Part shown: positions 11,301-21,267 of the stretch, piece by piece
Numbering within the stretch: the first letter of the stretch is position 1
Layout of the letters: each line of letters begins with the position of its first letter
NCBI GenBank assembly: GCA_020184695.1
Contig: JAANOX010000126.1
Coordinates: 1 to 64,000 of the forward strand
Direction of reading: 5' to 3'
Length of the DNA: 64,000 nucleotides
Source: Histomonas meleagridis 2922-C6/04-290x
Lineage: Eukaryota; Protista; Parabasalia
Notes under the pieces: generated by a model
What the model was told of the DNA's origin: nothing
The model's input: only the letters and a program-made list of their open reading frames with translations
The model's database searches: none
Translations under genes and position numbers: made by a program

Positions 11301-13277
11301 CAAATAATTTCATATTATCATAAACTTGATTCACGATATTTCGAACGAATATGTAATAAAAATTCTATTTTTTCATTTTTACCAAAACATAATAAATTAC
11401 ATTCGAATTTTGTCGATGTAATTATTAATGATAATTTGTTCAATGATTTTTTGCCTTTGTTTTCTTATGTTGATCATAAAATAGAAAACGGAGAAAAAAT
11501 TGATAATTTAATGGATTCATTACTTGAAATAATATCAAATATTTTAATACTTAATGAAAATGTTGAACTTAAATTTGTTAAAATTAAAGGATTTAAAACG
11601 ATTGCAAATTATTTACTTTTAATTGATGTTACGAATATTAATTATAAATTATATTATAAATTTTATTCTCTTTTACAAAATATTCGAACAATTGAATTAT
11701 ATCAACATTTAATAAATTCTATTCTATGTAATTTAGATTTATGGATTGTTTGTAATAATGATCAACAAATTAGAATATTAAAACATTGGTCGAAATTCTT
11801 ATTTTATACTTCTTATACTAAAATAAAATTTTCTAAATTAATTAAACATTTTGTAATGTATTATTCAGATGTTTATTTGAAAACTGATACCAAAAGAAAA
11901 AGACCAAAAAATTTAAATTTAAAAGAAACGAAAAAAATTATTTTTGATTTAATGTTTATCACATTACAACATAATTTAACAATAAATGATATTAATTTAA
12001 TAATATATTATATTAAAACTTATAAAAATGAAACAGAAATAATATATTCGTTATTAAATTTAATGATAAATATTATAAATTTAGAGAATTCATCACTTAA
12101 AAACATAACAAATTTCGACAAAATTTTAATAAATTTATATTCATTTTTAAAATTAGATGCCAATATTTGTATGTTAACACTTGAAATTATATTTAATTTA
12201 TACATTAAATCATTTATCTCAAAAAATTCGATAATAAATACAATCGAAACATTAATTTATATAATACCAACTACGAATATTTGTGGAAATATATTTATAT
12301 ATTTGACTAAAATTATATTAATGGAACTTCCTGAAATATTTCCTTTATGTTTATGGTTCGCTTATAATATATCTAATGATGAATTACTTAATTTCATTCG
12401 AAGTATAAAACCGAATAAGAAATATGTAAATCAAAATCTATATTCGATTAAGTTCCCTTTAATTATAGCTGCTTTAACTGATAATCAATTAATTTCGATA
12501 AATATTATTATGTTTTTGGCTATGTGTGATTCTGAGATTTGGAATAACATTTTTTACGTTTTAATAATTTTGGGAAATATTTTCGATTTCGATTATGAGA
12601 AAATGATTGGAATCTTTTTGAATAATATTTCGTCACAAATTCTTTGTGGAGAAATCGAAAAAACTCCAGAAGTTATTGAAAAAGTATTAAAAATATCAAA
12701 AAATTTTATTTTGTTTAGAGATAATCATATAAAAATCGAATTTTATCAAAAAATGTTTGAGAATTCTCCTTTTAAAACAAATGTTAATATAATTAAAAAT
12801 ATAAAATCAAATGAAATCATAAAAAATTTAAAAAATTTATTGAAATTCAACGTTTATTTTAAATTTGGAATTAGAATCGATGAGAAATTTAATTGGAAAG
12901 ATAAAGCTTTAGCTCAAAACATGATAAATTTAATACTTATGAATAACGACGTGAAACATTTGGAATTTTATTTGATTTTGTGTTATTTTGTGCAAAAGAC
13001 TTCACCAAATTTCACCATTTTACATTTGAAATCGCTTTACTTGAAAACGAATAATAAAAAGGAAATTCAATCATTGATTGATTTGTTATGTTTCCAAACA
13101 GAGAAAATGAAATTGAATAATCCTTTGAGGAATTTAAGGTCTAATAACTATGTGAATAATTCCGCTTTGGCATTGGAAATTGTGGAGAAATGGACTCCAG
13201 TGTTCGACAGGAACGTAATATCGGAAATTAAGGCATTCCAGAAAAAAATTTTCGAATTATTAGAGCAAATAGAATAA
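8400..13277 (+). CDS. Neurobeachin-like N-terminal region (ConA-like/DUF4704-like) without PH-BEACH-WD40; start uncertain (ORF opens at GTG)
   Basis: The 1625-codon ORF has GFTFMCWIRF, NEWSILTISY and LINSILCNLDLWIVCNNDQQIRILKHW, which are typical of the BEACH-protein N-terminal half. It parallels the gene at 37809. No BEACH motifs are present. Confidence 0.65.
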   Translation: MDPFINILSLHITSLTLTDKEVKKIYNSVKFPNISSNEIEKVQLRLSRGFTYSQSMCDIDFCFPYDSTSLRVICNCKKDSSSIISFSTMYILYSYVAFILSTEKDLTFFHKENLLMFESLVEIVNYSPLANNTINQHLTQVIKSGLFHQAHFSIFERYLKINKTLDQKCLKIFILLFDFFITKDEQFSDSILSLLCYTLKHNSNLCVSSFGTKIIISIKSFLIKSNINAIKALKYLKKSINCKYLMDLIPLILKSTINILINLKDPIISINMKKEEIITVEKLPNKLEPIYKFNEINVFQNGFKVNDKQFLPETISLFEKLQINSISKRLKIIQRISLAFEETITLFYQTFSDIIRFARDNRRLDMILSFLYTLNLLDSKHYKSVKSLSRFLYSDTLFNPQYICQSEDINSYELNSLRSIAFSFILKGNEKSLNDEIIKFCSYPKLLNELLYRCNNEIESIIKLINPTLINTFTRISLYYQKLSYENITYSSNVRIVLFLLFSNLFIDDSIENSFFSNEYFTNTFFSFLYEEQIQNYILHQLQKLLSKDLNPEIICKSLTKIINSYNEFTNSKYISLLNSIINILNEIIPHYNINLNYFNDITKGILNSLTLLNNNSNENQKYLLNCLQYLSNVSNSFHLLKSDSIIICNSIIKTFNNSPTKELFPKLIQIISNNDNTFNNSSNFIIQQEEVIPILYIIYKNTKYIYKILDFIKLICKFSIHNSMLCHKNGFDLLLLTDLIKNWFNNLIDSKIVTKIFEIFYIISICSSEEVIVTNFSSLLYPIENECFSSHFNIALDCLKRIILTTLRSPSNYIILTKDIFTTYNDINIENGFTFMCWIRFETFNSQNETILFKMINNNNPKHYLKISFSLNYLNYFQKTSKTESNFKYKMSNNINEWSILTISYDNNQIEIILNNEEPIKYELPKISNFNNENVQFVFGGIENDITNSSSILIGSFSLFHFIETNQIISYYHKLDSRYFERICNKNSIFSFLPKHNKLHSNFVDVIINDNLFNDFLPLFSYVDHKIENGEKIDNLMDSLLEIISNILILNENVELKFVKIKGFKTIANYLLLIDVTNINYKLYYKFYSLLQNIRTIELYQHLINSILCNLDLWIVCNNDQQIRILKHWSKFLFYTSYTKIKFSKLIKHFVMYYSDVYLKTDTKRKRPKNLNLKETKKIIFDLMFITLQHNLTINDINLIIYYIKTYKNETEIIYSLLNLMINIINLENSSLKNITNFDKILINLYSFLKLDANICMLTLEIIFNLYIKSFISKNSIINTIETLIYIIPTTNICGNIFIYLTKIILMELPEIFPLCLWFAYNISNDELLNFIRSIKPNKKYVNQNLYSIKFPLIIAALTDNQLISINIIMFLAMCDSEIWNNIFYVLIILGNIFDFDYEKMIGIFLNNISSQILCGEIEKTPEVIEKVLKISKNFILFRDNHIKIEFYQKMFENSPFKTNVNIIKNIKSNEIIKNLKNLLKFNVYFKFGIRIDEKFNWKDKALAQNMINLILMNNDVKHLEFYLILCYFVQKTSPNFTILHLKSLYLKTNNKKEIQSLIDLLCFQTEKMKLNNPLRNLRSNNYVNNSALALEIVEKWTPVFDRNVISEIKAFQKKIFELLEQIE

Positions 13278-13634
13278 ATATGTTAAAATTTTGATTGTTT
13301 TTTAATAAAATAAAATGTTATTACTTGTGCTTCTTATTTTTTATTGATTAGATTTCTGCATGTTTTACTTCCAAATATCATGAAAATTAATATAATTTTT
13401 TGATATTTAAGTCATTATATATTTACCTTTGCAAATCATTTTTATTGATTAAAGATAAAAATATTAATATTTGGAATATACTTACAAACAAAAATTTTGA
13501 TTTTACTTTTATTCAATTCGATTTCCCTAAAAATCATACAGTATTGAACCTCCTCATTCTACGACGGTATAACCATTACGTTCTTTATGTAAACTTTCTA
13601 AGTTTTGAACTGGTAAGTTTTGGATATATGTAAA

Positions 13635-15059
13635 TTACTGGTTTACCACCTGTCCTGTGGGGAAATTCTCAAAAATCGGAATTGGAAGTTTACCACCTTT
13701 AAGTTTGAGTGTTAAAAATATTTTAGAACCAGAAACAATTTTATAATCGCCAAGTGTTTTATCATCTTCCAATATATTATTATCAAAAATGAGCCTCATA
13801 TGATCAGGTGGAATTCCCTCCTTCATATTCACCTTAAATTTTAAGTTAAGAACTGTTTCATTTGAACATATATTATAATCCACATATTTTCCTACTAAGT
13901 TCCTAATAGTAATTGGAAACTCTCCCGGAGGAGAAGGATAAGATTTTAGCATTAAAAATATTTTTTGATTTGGGTAAAGATATTCTCCAATTAATCTTGT
14001 ATCTTCTACTTTTTTTAGACAATCCATATAAAATTTTTGATCTTTAATAGGATATCCTTCTTTTTGATAAATTTTTTCTTTTAACTTTGAAAATGTTTCA
14101 GTAAATGATACATTTATTTCGAATATTTTATAGTTTGCAATTACTTTAATTGGAAATTGTTCATTCAGATCTGTAACTAAAAAGATTTTGTTCCTATCAA
14201 TTCGTTCAAGATTTAAATCTTTAAATGCAAGTGAATCTTTCATAATTTGTCCATTATAAATAAGATACTGTTTTTCAATTGGAATTTTGTCTAGTCCAAA
14301 TATTTTTTCTTTAAAACTTCTAATTGTATCAGTTAATTTAGCATTAAACTTAATATAATATCCTTTTAAAGTTTCCACACAAACAGAGATTTCACCTTTT
14401 GTTTGACCAAAGGAGTCATTTGATGAATTCTTTATATGAACGCTAATATTAGAATTTGGTTTAATCTTATATTGATCTAATGTATGTGAATCTTCCATGT
14501 GTTTCCCTTTGAAAATTAGTTTTTGATTTTGAACAGAAATTCCTTCTTTTTCCATTATTTTCTTTTTTAAGTCTAATACTTTTTCAATTGCTGGAACAGT
14601 AAGTTTTATGGTTTTTGTATTCAATATTATATACAACGGAGTTAATTTGCATATTCCAAAATTTGATTCCTTTTTTACTGTTTTTTTGTATAAATGTTGT
14701 ACGGTTCCAATTAAGAAATCAATAAGTTGCTTAACAAGATTAACATTACCTAATGAAGAACAAAGTTCAAAAATATCTTTGATCTTGTGTAAAGGAATAT
14801 TTGCATAATTGTTTTGGAAAATTGATAAAAGAAGTTCCATATCGCCATCAACATCTTGATAGTCAACTCTGAAACTTTTAATTGAAGTGTTTTTGCGATG
14901 AATTTGTTCAACTTTTGGAGAAAGAATATCAGCAATAATTTTGTTGCATCGAACTTCCCTTTTCCCAAGATAAAAAGTAAAGTCTTGAAACACATGCAAG
15001 GACAATATGTTCCAGATTGAATTAATAGGTAATGTAATTTTGCAAATGTCTTCCATCAA
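13635..15059 (-). CDS. BTB/POZ-like domain followed by four ubiquitin-like domains; the last ends LTLKLKGG plus an 18-aa tail
   Basis: N-terminal FQDFTFYLGKREVRCNKIIADILSPKV is BTB-like. Four repeats match the ubiquitin pattern LKxKIxxKEGIxxxxQxLIF...EDxxTLxxY. Confidence 0.8.
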   Translation of the reverse strand: MMEDICKITLPINSIWNILSLHVFQDFTFYLGKREVRCNKIIADILSPKVEQIHRKNTSIKSFRVDYQDVDGDMELLLSIFQNNYANIPLHKIKDIFELCSSLGNVNLVKQLIDFLIGTVQHLYKKTVKKESNFGICKLTPLYIILNTKTIKLTVPAIEKVLDLKKKIMEKEGISVQNQKLIFKGKHMEDSHTLDQYKIKPNSNISVHIKNSSNDSFGQTKGEISVCVETLKGYYIKFNAKLTDTIRSFKEKIFGLDKIPIEKQYLIYNGQIMKDSLAFKDLNLERIDRNKIFLVTDLNEQFPIKVIANYKIFEINVSFTETFSKLKEKIYQKEGYPIKDQKFYMDCLKKVEDTRLIGEYLYPNQKIFLMLKSYPSPPGEFPITIRNLVGKYVDYNICSNETVLNLKFKVNMKEGIPPDHMRLIFDNNILEDDKTLGDYKIVSGSKIFLTLKLKGGKLPIPIFENFPTGQVVNQ

Positions 15060-15423
15060 GAAATAATGAAGTGATATTTTTTGCCAAAATCAAGTGACAT
15101 TTATTTTGCCGGTTTTATAAACTTTACATAATTTTAATAATAAATTTATATGTTTGTCAAATTATGTGTATTGAGGCATAGCACTTTTCCATATATGATT
15201 ATTTCTTTTCCATAAAAAATTTTTTGTGAAATTAAAACAATTTCCAAGTAAAATTTATCTGAAATAAATGCATTAATGTTTATTTTGCGAATTAGTACCA
15301 AATTAGGTAAACCAGCATATAATATGATAACTATTAATTCATGGATTTTTTCCTTAATTTTGACACTTTTTTTCGAAATGAAGAACCCGTTTATCTAAAA
15401 AAAATGTTAAACGTTCATATAAA

Positions 15424-16365
15424 ATGAATAAGGATTTGAACAAAGAAATAAAGAAATATAAAGAAATGATCAATAAACTAGAGGAGGAAAAGATGGAAAT
15501 GGCTAATCAAATTGAGCTTCTGAATGTTGAACTTTCTCATAAGTCATCTATTTTAAATCAAACAAATAAAGAATTAACAGATTTACAAGGACAATATAAA
15601 CAAGTTTTAGAAAAGCTCGTCGACTTAACTCAAAAACAAATCGAAATGAGTAAAATTTCTGAAGAAGATAAATTTTATAGGGACCAATTAACAGAACAGG
15701 CATTATGTATTAAAGCACTTCAAGATAAGCTTTGGAAATCCGAATATCAGAACTGTGTATTCAAGTTAAACACGAACAATTTATCTAAATTCGAAACGCC
15801 AACCCAATCACTAGAAAAAGCAAAGGTAAAAATATTTCGGTTAAAACAAAAATTAGGAAGGTTAAGAATTAAATCTAAAATACTTCAAAATGAAAATGAT
15901 ATTTGGATAGATTTTGCGAACGAAATTTACAGATTTCTCATCTCATCTAAAAGAAGTAATCACAAAATTCAAAATGATAGTTCAAAAGATATAAGAACAT
16001 CTATTTTTGATCTACTTCATAAACAAGGGAATAACAAAGCCGATCAAATTAATTTGAAAAACAAAAAATGCCAAATAACCGAAAATCATACAAAAGAAGA
16101 AGAAAAACATTTCGTATCAAATCACAATCCTAACAATGATAACATTGAAATTAAAAGAAAAACAATAAAACGAAAAACCATAGGAACAGATGAAAATAAA
16201 ATTTCAAATGTTAATTTAATTAATCAAAAGAAACAAAATTTTTCACAAAAAAGGCTTCCAAGTAATCAAACGAAAGAACACTTAAAAGAACTAAAAGCTG
16301 TCACAAAGAATATCAAACAAGATTACAAGGATTATACAAAGATCATAAAAAATTTAAGCACGTAA
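15424..16365 (+). CDS. Hypothetical coiled-coil protein
   Basis: 313-aa ATG ORF, heptad-rich and rich in E/K/L. Confidence 0.6.
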   Translation: MNKDLNKEIKKYKEMINKLEEEKMEMANQIELLNVELSHKSSILNQTNKELTDLQGQYKQVLEKLVDLTQKQIEMSKISEEDKFYRDQLTEQALCIKALQDKLWKSEYQNCVFKLNTNNLSKFETPTQSLEKAKVKIFRLKQKLGRLRIKSKILQNENDIWIDFANEIYRFLISSKRSNHKIQNDSSKDIRTSIFDLLHKQGNNKADQINLKNKKCQITENHTKEEEKHFVSNHNPNNDNIEIKRKTIKRKTIGTDENKISNVNLINQKKQNFSQKRLPSNQTKEHLKELKAVTKNIKQDYKDYTKIIKNLST

Positions 16366-16983
16366 AATAATAAACAGAATTCTAATGAAAAAAGTGTTAT
16401 TCCATGAAAATGTACCTTTAAACACAGCTAGGTTTGTCATAAGGAAAATCATTATGATCGGAAAATAAATATTTGCTGCTTCGTATAATTTTATATATAT
16501 GATTAAACACAGTTGAAATATCATATTTGCAGTAAAACATAATAATATTGTAATAGAAAGCATATGTTTTCTAAAAAAATTAGTTTTGTGATTTTTTTCG
16601 AAATGAATTTTCTTTTAAAATTTAGACAGTTGAAATTTAAATAGTGGAATGCACCTAAATGATGATGGAAAATATGGTAATGAAATATGCTATTTTTATG
16701 ATATCAAGTATTCCTAGTCATACTTCTCCATGCCAAATATGAGAATAAGTGATCAATAAGAATAAATGAAAATAAACAAGAACGAACAAGAACAAAAAAT
16801 GAAAATAAATGAAGAAAATGATAAGAATAAAAGATAAAAAACAGTGAATATGAATAAAAATAAGAAATACGAAAAAGCAAAGACAAACAAGAAAAAACAA
16901 TTTAATGAAATTGAAGAAGGAGAAAAAAATTTTTTTTCCCAACATTTTTTCTATCGTTATTTGGCCTCATCAGTCGGTGGCAG

Positions 16984-19900
16984 ATGGCTTGCCGATCAAA
17001 ACCTCCATGTTATCAAAAAGTCATTATCGTTTATTTGAAGACAACAATGGAAGAAACAAAATTCAGTGTTTTTTCCTCTCCAGAGGGATTTTGGTACCTT
17101 GTATGTAGTCCCTGTACTGACAAAATGACATACATAATAACAGTCGACATTACTTCCGGAAACTTGATTTACACAGGAATTCCGTCCATAGATGTTTTTT
17201 CGGATCATTCTCTAGCAGTTAAATCCTTACTTGATTTAAACTTTTTACATAAAGGAAATGGAGATGGTTTAATTGGAGTTGCAATGACAGAAGACTCCAC
17301 AGCAATTGCATATGTTGACAAATCTCAAGTTACAGGGTATATTCCAGGTGGTCATCCTGTTCGTACTATTCGAAATGTGAAATTTATTCATCTTCCAAAA
17401 AATGATAGAGCTCCTAAAACCTCAGCATTTAAAGAATTTCAAGTCAATGACAATCATTATTTTTGTGATACTTATGATCTTACCAATCTTTTTCCTAATA
17501 AATCAACACAACCCGATAATGGCTTTATATGGAACTTAGCATGGAAGAAACCCTTTGAAGTTCTAGGTCTAGGTCATTGTTGTATCAATCTTATTCAAGG
17601 TGTTTGTATGACTTCCAATTTCACCAAATTTGATTTTCAAATAACATACATTGCAAGACGTTCTGTTCTTAATCCAGGCACACGATACAATGCTCGTGGT
17701 CTTAATGATCTTAATTGTCCTGGCAACGAAGTTGAATGTGAATTAATTTTCCAACGCAATAATCAATTTTGGTCCACTCAATGGCGTCGTGGTTCTATTC
17801 CCATTCGATGGAAGACAGTTTTCTCCACCTTATCTTCCCCTAAGCATATAGCCGATCCAATACATTTTGCCGATGGCACAGCAGAATACTTCCGAAGTCT
17901 TCAAGGCCGATTTGGGGAAGATATTCCGATACGAATCATTTCATTATTAGACTCATCAGAGAAAGCTGATGAAAATTCTGAGAAAGACATCAAAACCAAA
18001 TTCCAAGAAGCGATTGAAAAGATATCGAACGCCGGCGTCCGAAATGTTTTTTTAACACCATTTGATCTTAACAAGTTTTTACATTCTAATGGTACCACTG
18101 AATTAATGAATGATTTTTTATCATATTTAGGACCAGTGATTGAATCTGATGGCTTTAATTCAGGGACATTACCATTAACTATTAATGAACACCAAAAAGG
18201 GTTAATGCGTTTTAATTGTGCAGATTCATTAGATCGAACTAATGTTGCATGTTTCCATTATGCTATTAAAGTTACATCAGAATGGTGCATCATGAATAAC
18301 ATTGGATTATCAGGGAAGACGAACACTAATCCAAATTTACCATATTTATTAATAGATCAAAGTATTACTGACTTTTTAATTAATGCATTTATAACTACTG
18401 GTAATGTCGTTTCATATTTATATACGAATACACCTGCAATTAAAACAAATGCAATTACATGTTTTTCATCGACTTTTGTTAATTCAAGTTCATCAGATTC
18501 AGCAATATCTATTAAAAGAAGACTTCAAAACGTAGTTAATGATCCACAACGAATGAAAATAATCGAATTATGGTTAAAACCAATAGAACCTAATTGGATC
18601 ACACGAATTGATTCTCGACATTTATTTATTGTACCACAAGAAAATAGTAGTGAACAATTTCCACGTACACTTATCGGTACTCCAATTAAATCTTTTGAAT
18701 TCCCACAAAATTTAAACATATTAACATTATGTTTACCATGTCCAATGCAATTATTTTCGATTATTATCTTATTATTTCCAGGTCATTTAGATAAATTACC
18801 AAATTGTATCACTATTGAAGGAGGAATGACATTAAATTCCATGAAGAAGATATGTACATTAGATTTACCATTAGTTAAAACGCCGATTTGGTTACGTTAT
18901 CGCTTACGTAATGCAAAGAATTGGGGATTTTCTAATCCTTATTTAGAATATTTACGATTTATTCGATTAATAATTGAAACTAATGATCCTTCATATATCA
19001 TAGGTAATATTAAAGTTGAAGCATTATCATGTTTTTCAAACACTAAATATGATATTTTATATAATCAATATCAAACAAGTAAAGAACATGAAAATGAATT
19101 CTGTGAAATATTTAATCAATATCTTAAATCACCACGTACATGTAAAGATGCAATAGAATTAGAGAAGTCACGAATTATAATGCGAGTAACTGAAGATCAT
19201 CGTAATAATTTATCCATTTTAAATGGATTAAATCCATGGCATGTTGATTCTAACTCACAATTAATATCAGCGCCGTCATCATTTTGCGTATTTTGTGGTT
19301 CTCCTTTAGGTATTAATATCCAAACATATCCATTAATACAAAACAAAAGATTTCCAGGTTTGATTGAAACTACGAAAGTTAAAAAAGTTTTTTCAGTCTG
19401 TAATAAATGTTATGAAATTGCAAATGAAATATCCGAATTTACTAAAGCTTTAGAAGATATAATGCCGGAGCCGAATTTTATAATACCGAAATTTAACATC
19501 GAGAAAATCGATCATGAAATATTATCGAAGAATCAAAGTTATACAACTGATTCGACTTCAGTTCTTCTGAATTTAAATTGTTCTTTGTTTAATAATGATA
19601 TTACACAAAACGATAAATTAGAAATCAAAAAAGATGAAACTCAAGAAATCTCAATTTTCATTGTACAACAAGCAATTGTCTTAAATCTAAATATTAAATC
19701 ATCGAATGATCAATTTATAATAAAGACATTAAATGATGAAGAAATATCACGACGAAATGTAAATAATGAAAATGAATTCATTTTCGAATTTAAAGAACCA
19801 CCGATTACACAAATATTACATTTCAAAATCATTGCGAAAGATAACGTCGAAATATATAAAATTAAAGCATTATATATCACTGCTGGTTGTACTATTGATA

Positions 19901-20262
19901 AGCCATTCACCGCACGAATACAAAACCCATTGTTAATTAAACGAATTAAGTTGCAAGGAAGATATTCACCAAACACAAGAACTGAATCATTTATCATACA
20001 AAATGGTTTAAGAGTGCAGAAATTACACGTAAAAACTGTGGTGGAAAAAGGAGTTAATACGCCATTGTCATTATACGTAGCAATGTATAAGGGAAATCTG
20101 TTGGTAACTACAAAAAGAATAATCTTGCCCGACACAAAAACGAAAACAACTTTGGATTATATTATAGACCAAAGTGGGCTCGATGTGGATTTGGTAAATG
20201 TATATTACTTAGATAGAGTAAATGCGATGAAACCACATAATATAAAGTTAATTGTGAAATGA
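16984..20262 (+). CDS. SAC-domain phosphoinositide phosphatase, SAC9-like, with long C-terminal extension (likely start ATG 17047)
   Basis: Motifs: ARRSVLNPGTRYNARGLN, NEVECELI, WRRGSIPIRW and catalytic CX5R(T) motif RFNCADSLDRTN. A CxxC...CxxC pair lies at FCVFC/VCNKC. Confidence 0.85.
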   Translation: MACRSKPPCYQKVIIVYLKTTMEETKFSVFSSPEGFWYLVCSPCTDKMTYIITVDITSGNLIYTGIPSIDVFSDHSLAVKSLLDLNFLHKGNGDGLIGVAMTEDSTAIAYVDKSQVTGYIPGGHPVRTIRNVKFIHLPKNDRAPKTSAFKEFQVNDNHYFCDTYDLTNLFPNKSTQPDNGFIWNLAWKKPFEVLGLGHCCINLIQGVCMTSNFTKFDFQITYIARRSVLNPGTRYNARGLNDLNCPGNEVECELIFQRNNQFWSTQWRRGSIPIRWKTVFSTLSSPKHIADPIHFADGTAEYFRSLQGRFGEDIPIRIISLLDSSEKADENSEKDIKTKFQEAIEKISNAGVRNVFLTPFDLNKFLHSNGTTELMNDFLSYLGPVIESDGFNSGTLPLTINEHQKGLMRFNCADSLDRTNVACFHYAIKVTSEWCIMNNIGLSGKTNTNPNLPYLLIDQSITDFLINAFITTGNVVSYLYTNTPAIKTNAITCFSSTFVNSSSSDSAISIKRRLQNVVNDPQRMKIIELWLKPIEPNWITRIDSRHLFIVPQENSSEQFPRTLIGTPIKSFEFPQNLNILTLCLPCPMQLFSIIILLFPGHLDKLPNCITIEGGMTLNSMKKICTLDLPLVKTPIWLRYRLRNAKNWGFSNPYLEYLRFIRLIIETNDPSYIIGNIKVEALSCFSNTKYDILYNQYQTSKEHENEFCEIFNQYLKSPRTCKDAIELEKSRIIMRVTEDHRNNLSILNGLNPWHVDSNSQLISAPSSFCVFCGSPLGINIQTYPLIQNKRFPGLIETTKVKKVFSVCNKCYEIANEISEFTKALEDIMPEPNFIIPKFNIEKIDHEILSKNQSYTTDSTSVLLNLNCSLFNNDITQNDKLEIKKDETQEISIFIVQQAIVLNLNIKSSNDQFIIKTLNDEEISRRNVNNENEFIFEFKEPPITQILHFKIIAKDNVEIYKIKALYITAGCTIDKPFTARIQNPLLIKRIKLQGRYSPNTRTESFIIQNGLRVQKLHVKTVVEKGVNTPLSLYVAMYKGNLLVTTKRIILPDTKTKTTLDYIIDQSGLDVDLVNVYYLDRVNAMKPHNIKLIVK

Positions 20263-21259
20263 ATAAAAATTAATGTTTATGAAAGAAATTTCTTAGTGGA
20301 TTATTGATACTTGCGATTTATTGAGAAGAAATAAGTTGAGATAAACACTCAAACATATGAAAATAATCAAAAGCAATAACATTTTATATATTAATAAGTA
20401 TCCTCACAAAATAAATTGTAAAAATAATGTTATAAAGTGACTTGTAAAAAATGTCAATCAAAATAGTACATGACAACATGACTCTGGATAATTTGCTGTT
20501 TTATAATGTCACTGATTCATTGCTATAATTATATTCGATATTTGAAAGTGTTCTAATGATGTTTCTTATTTTAAAGATAACTGGATGAGTTACATCATCT
20601 TCCAGTTGAAAAAAAATCAATGAGATCCATCACAATTTTAAAAAAGTTAAATTTAATAACATATGATTCTTTTAAAGCTTTAAAAAACGTAGTACATTTT
20701 TTGTTGTAAAGTTTTCTTTTATGAAAAAAATTATGAATATCATTTTTATTTGTTATTTCCATGTTATTCTCTTTGTATTTTGAACCATAATTTATATATT
20801 GATTTTGTCTTGTTATACACCATGATCAGTTAACAAATTATTACATTTAAAAAATTTACCACAAATCACAACTATTTGCATCAGGTTCATTTTTTACTCA
20901 TCCTTATTTTATAATAAAAAGATCCAAAAAAAATTCTTATTGTTGTTAATGTTTCTTTTTGGAGTAATGATAATCAGATATCTCCTTAAAAAGGAGTTTA
21001 ATATTTTTCAGAGCACTTTTTAACCGCCGTTACCACATCTCCAACCGTAGCTAAAAACCCAACTAAAAATAATTTAACCAACACATATTAGTTTATCTTA
21101 ATGCAATGTATTGTGAGTTAATGATTTATGCAATGACATCAACCAGAAATTATTGATAAATGAATGTCTTTATTTGTTTTGTTATCATTTATACAGAGAA
21201 CTAAAAAAGTTTTGACGATATGTCCATATAACGACCGTTAATTCTAATTGACCTTTAAA

Positions 21260-21264
21260 TCATT
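21260..21264 (+). promoter_or_regulatory. Initiator-like element TCATT immediately upstream of the Pin1-CstF77 ATG
   Basis: TCATTTCAATG matches the trichomonad Inr consensus. The motif is short. Confidence 0.5.
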
Positions 21265-21267
21265 TCA

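Noticed and set aside
16560-16950. A-rich K/N/E coding-like tract and the complementary F-rich ORFs
   Set aside because: Low-complexity sequence with repeated stops; the ORF-track entries are compositional artefacts.
20400-21240. Possible decayed gene or element between the SAC9-like and Pin1-CstF77 genes
   Set aside because: No frame stays open and no family motif is recognisable.
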